DNA of 64,000 nucleotides from Raillietiella orientalis (lineage: Eukaryota): assembly GCA_036172245.1 (NCBI GenBank), contig JAYWIR010000023.1, positions 2,914,001 to 2,978,000 of the forward strand. Reading direction: 5' to 3'. Position numbers and translations under genes: made by a program. The notes beneath the pieces are model-generated. The model was not told the DNA's origin. It saw nothing but the letters and a program-made list of their open reading frames with translations, and did no database searches. Of this stretch, positions 61,552 to 64,000 are shown piece after piece; positions within the stretch are counted from its first letter, which is position 1; every line of letters begins with the position of its first letter.

Positions 61552-63947
61552 ATAGAGATCATTATGTATGTAGACCATTCTTTATGCATCAGTTGATTAT
61601 GAAGAGTGGATTAGATTCTCTGAATTTTAGTGATTGCAAATTATTGTTACACAAAGTATGCTTTGATTATTTATAGCATTTATCGTTTGGAAGTATTCAA
61701 GTTGAGAAAACATGTTTGTTGTGGTTGTTTGAGAAACATAATCATGTCATAATTTCCCCAAAGGCTGTTCTTTGGCATCTGTTTATATTTTAATTTTTTA
61801 TTTCAGCATGTCAGAAAATGTTTTAGATACCTAGCTTTATAATCATGATTGTGTTTTCCATGCATAATATACTGATTGACACAAATTTTCCTTTAGCACA
61901 CATTTGTAATAGGTTGCCTGAAATTTTGTAGATTGCTGAAAATAATTCTATTGGTAATTCCAGAGAGCTCCGATTTGCATTTTGAATTCAGAACTTAATT
62001 CGTGTATTCTTGTAAAGCAGCTGTGCTTTCTTGGTGTTTATTGATACAAACTTCAAAAGTCAAGATTTTATTATATCGGATTTGTATTGTACATGTATAA
62101 TTGAGTGTGTTAATTATATAATTGTTTGAGTTTGATAATGTCTCAGTGTGCTTTCATGTGTTTTGACTAAAAAATAAAACAAAGGAAAAAAAATCCCACG
62201 TAAAATGTTTTGGGTTGTTTCCTGTGCAAGTTTTTTTTATTCTGAGCGTTTTCAACATAGCCGCCAGAAATCTGTGAACACATTTGCTCGGCGCGAAAAC
62301 AAGCCAGGGTTTCACCGAAAGAAATAAAGGAAATCTTCCATTGCGGAAAACAGAAGATAATAGACGAAATCTATTCTTATAAAATGAAATAGAGTGAAAT
62401 CATATCTCCTGTGAATGTTGGCACTGATTTCTAGGCGGAAATATGTGGTTGAAAATATCTGGTTGCAATCAGGTTACCTTTTTTTTTTTTTCCTTATCGT
62501 GTCATCTGGGAAAATATCGAACTCTGATTAATGCCATTACTTGTAGGGGAAAAAATACGATTGTGGCAATTAAGGGGATTTAATTTCCTGGAAAGACCTG
62601 CTGGGATACATTATCTGTTTGGAAATGTGGGTGATAACTGTCGGGATTCAAAAGATCTCGGTGAACGGTAGTGTGGCAGCGAAGAGTGTTGGGATGAATT
62701 ACTGAGTTTCAGGGAACTCCTCGAAAATGTCAGGAATAGAAGTGTCCGTTTTTAAATACATGTTCAGGTCTTGCATTTTGAGTGTTCATCTAATTATTTG
62801 TATCTTAAGGCCGATTCGGTGATTGTCATGAAAACAAGTAACGGGATATCTCAGCCCAGTGAAAAGTTTCATTTTCATAAAATCGACATCATGGATGGGG
62901 GGGGGGACTGAAATGGGACATCAAATGTCCCACTGCGTACACTGTTTCACGTGTTTATGTGTTTGTATTTTGCTTTTGTTGTCCTTACGTGAAATGGATC
63001 AGAAAGCAAAGCAAAAAATAAATATCTTGATTGCAATATCCATTTTCAAAACTGATTGTGCTTACAATGCTAATAACTACTTTAGTTTTTAAGTGAAAGA
63101 AAAAAACAATCACATTTTGTGATTTCTGAAATGCATTCAGATCTTAATTGTGAATAATAGTGATTGTGAATTGGGTTTCCAGCTTTTAAACTTTAAAGAA
63201 ATATTCCTAACTGGATCTGTTTTTTCTTATCTGCATTGGGTTATCTTCAGCGTATTCCTGTAGGGAGACTGTTTTAATTCTTGTCCTGGATTACCACCGT
63301 AACCAATTTTTGTAGCTTCCATTGCTTCCGTGTGAGTTGTTATTTTTCCTCCTCTTTTGCACTGGATTCAAGCCACTTGCAAAAACAAGCTGTGAAGCGT
63401 GCCTTGGAGATTTTTGTTACAGAAGTGGCAGCTGAGCGGACTATGTGAATTCTGTTGGAACCCATTCTCTGCCTTCCGATTTTTGGTTCCCCTTTTGATA
63501 GGTGCATGCAATTTGGGAACATCATATGCATAACTTGAGGAAGAGCCAGGGTACCTGAGTATGAATCTGAAGTATTAGAAGTATCCAGCTTGCCATACGG
63601 CGTTTTGTAATTATGGATTGATATCATGATTATGAAATTCTTTTTCTGTACTTCAATTGTGGACCCAGAAGAGATCTAATACAAAAGTAACGATCGTGAA
63701 AGACCTAACGTGAATGAAAAGAAAGAGTGTTTTTTACACTCCAGAGTGGATGCACTCAGTTTTGTGTAGGAAAATCCCAATTAATAATACTCCTGGTGGT
63801 AATGTCCATTTTGCAAATACAAACTTTCAACTTTTTCATGCAACTTACGTTTGCATTTATCGCCTGTGTGGATTGTCGGATTATGTAGTTGCTCTGTTAT
63901 AGATTCTCTAAAAAACTGTCTTATTTTGATTTCGTGATTTTGATGAT

Positions 63948-63950
<3 letters not shown>

Positions 63951-63976
<26 letters not shown>
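63951..63976. repeat. (AT)13 microsatellite
   Basis: Directly visible. Confidence 0.97.
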
Positions 63977-63978
<2 letters not shown>

Positions 63979-64000
63979 CTTCCTTCCTTTTTCTACTTCT

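Noticed and set aside
1..64000. CRISPR array, prokaryotic operon or defence system, rRNA, intact transposon
   Set aside because: I saw no regularly spaced repeats, no dense gene packing, no rRNA signatures and no RT, integrase or DDE motifs. Spliceosomal intron signals and microsatellites indicate animal-type DNA.

Overview
This is animal (eukaryotic) nuclear-type DNA, probably from an arthropod and possibly a chelicerate. I found no prokaryotic genes, operons, CRISPR arrays, rRNA or convincing tRNA. Only two protein families are recognisable with confidence. (1) The last ~123 codons of a Tbx2/3-class T-box gene (omb/bifid-like) lie at the left edge (3-374, +). (2) An isolated two-exon fragment of GUF1/LepA lies at ~36617-36905 (+), with a 37-nt intron and a +1 homopolymer frameshift. 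Weaker signals are an mtDNA-like G-depleted island bounded by a 17-bp inverted repeat (~18.6-18.95 kb), a decayed C2H2 zinc-finger relic (~60.6-61.15 kb, -), an interrupted ORF in a GC island (~50.1-51.0 kb, -), a 101-bp local duplication, two perfect hairpins and many microsatellites. By eye, composition falls from very GC/CpG-rich (1-18.6 kb, roughly 60-70% GC) through intermediate (~19-57 kb) to AT-rich (58-64 kb, roughly 30%). Much of the middle looks codon-like but is broken in all frames within a few hundred bases. Two readings fit: a regulatory gene desert 3' of omb littered with decayed relics, or a non-native mosaic (gap-collapsed or chimeric assembly, or synthetic sequence). I cannot support a claim of a novel biological system here. 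Most ORFs in the supplied track appear spurious.
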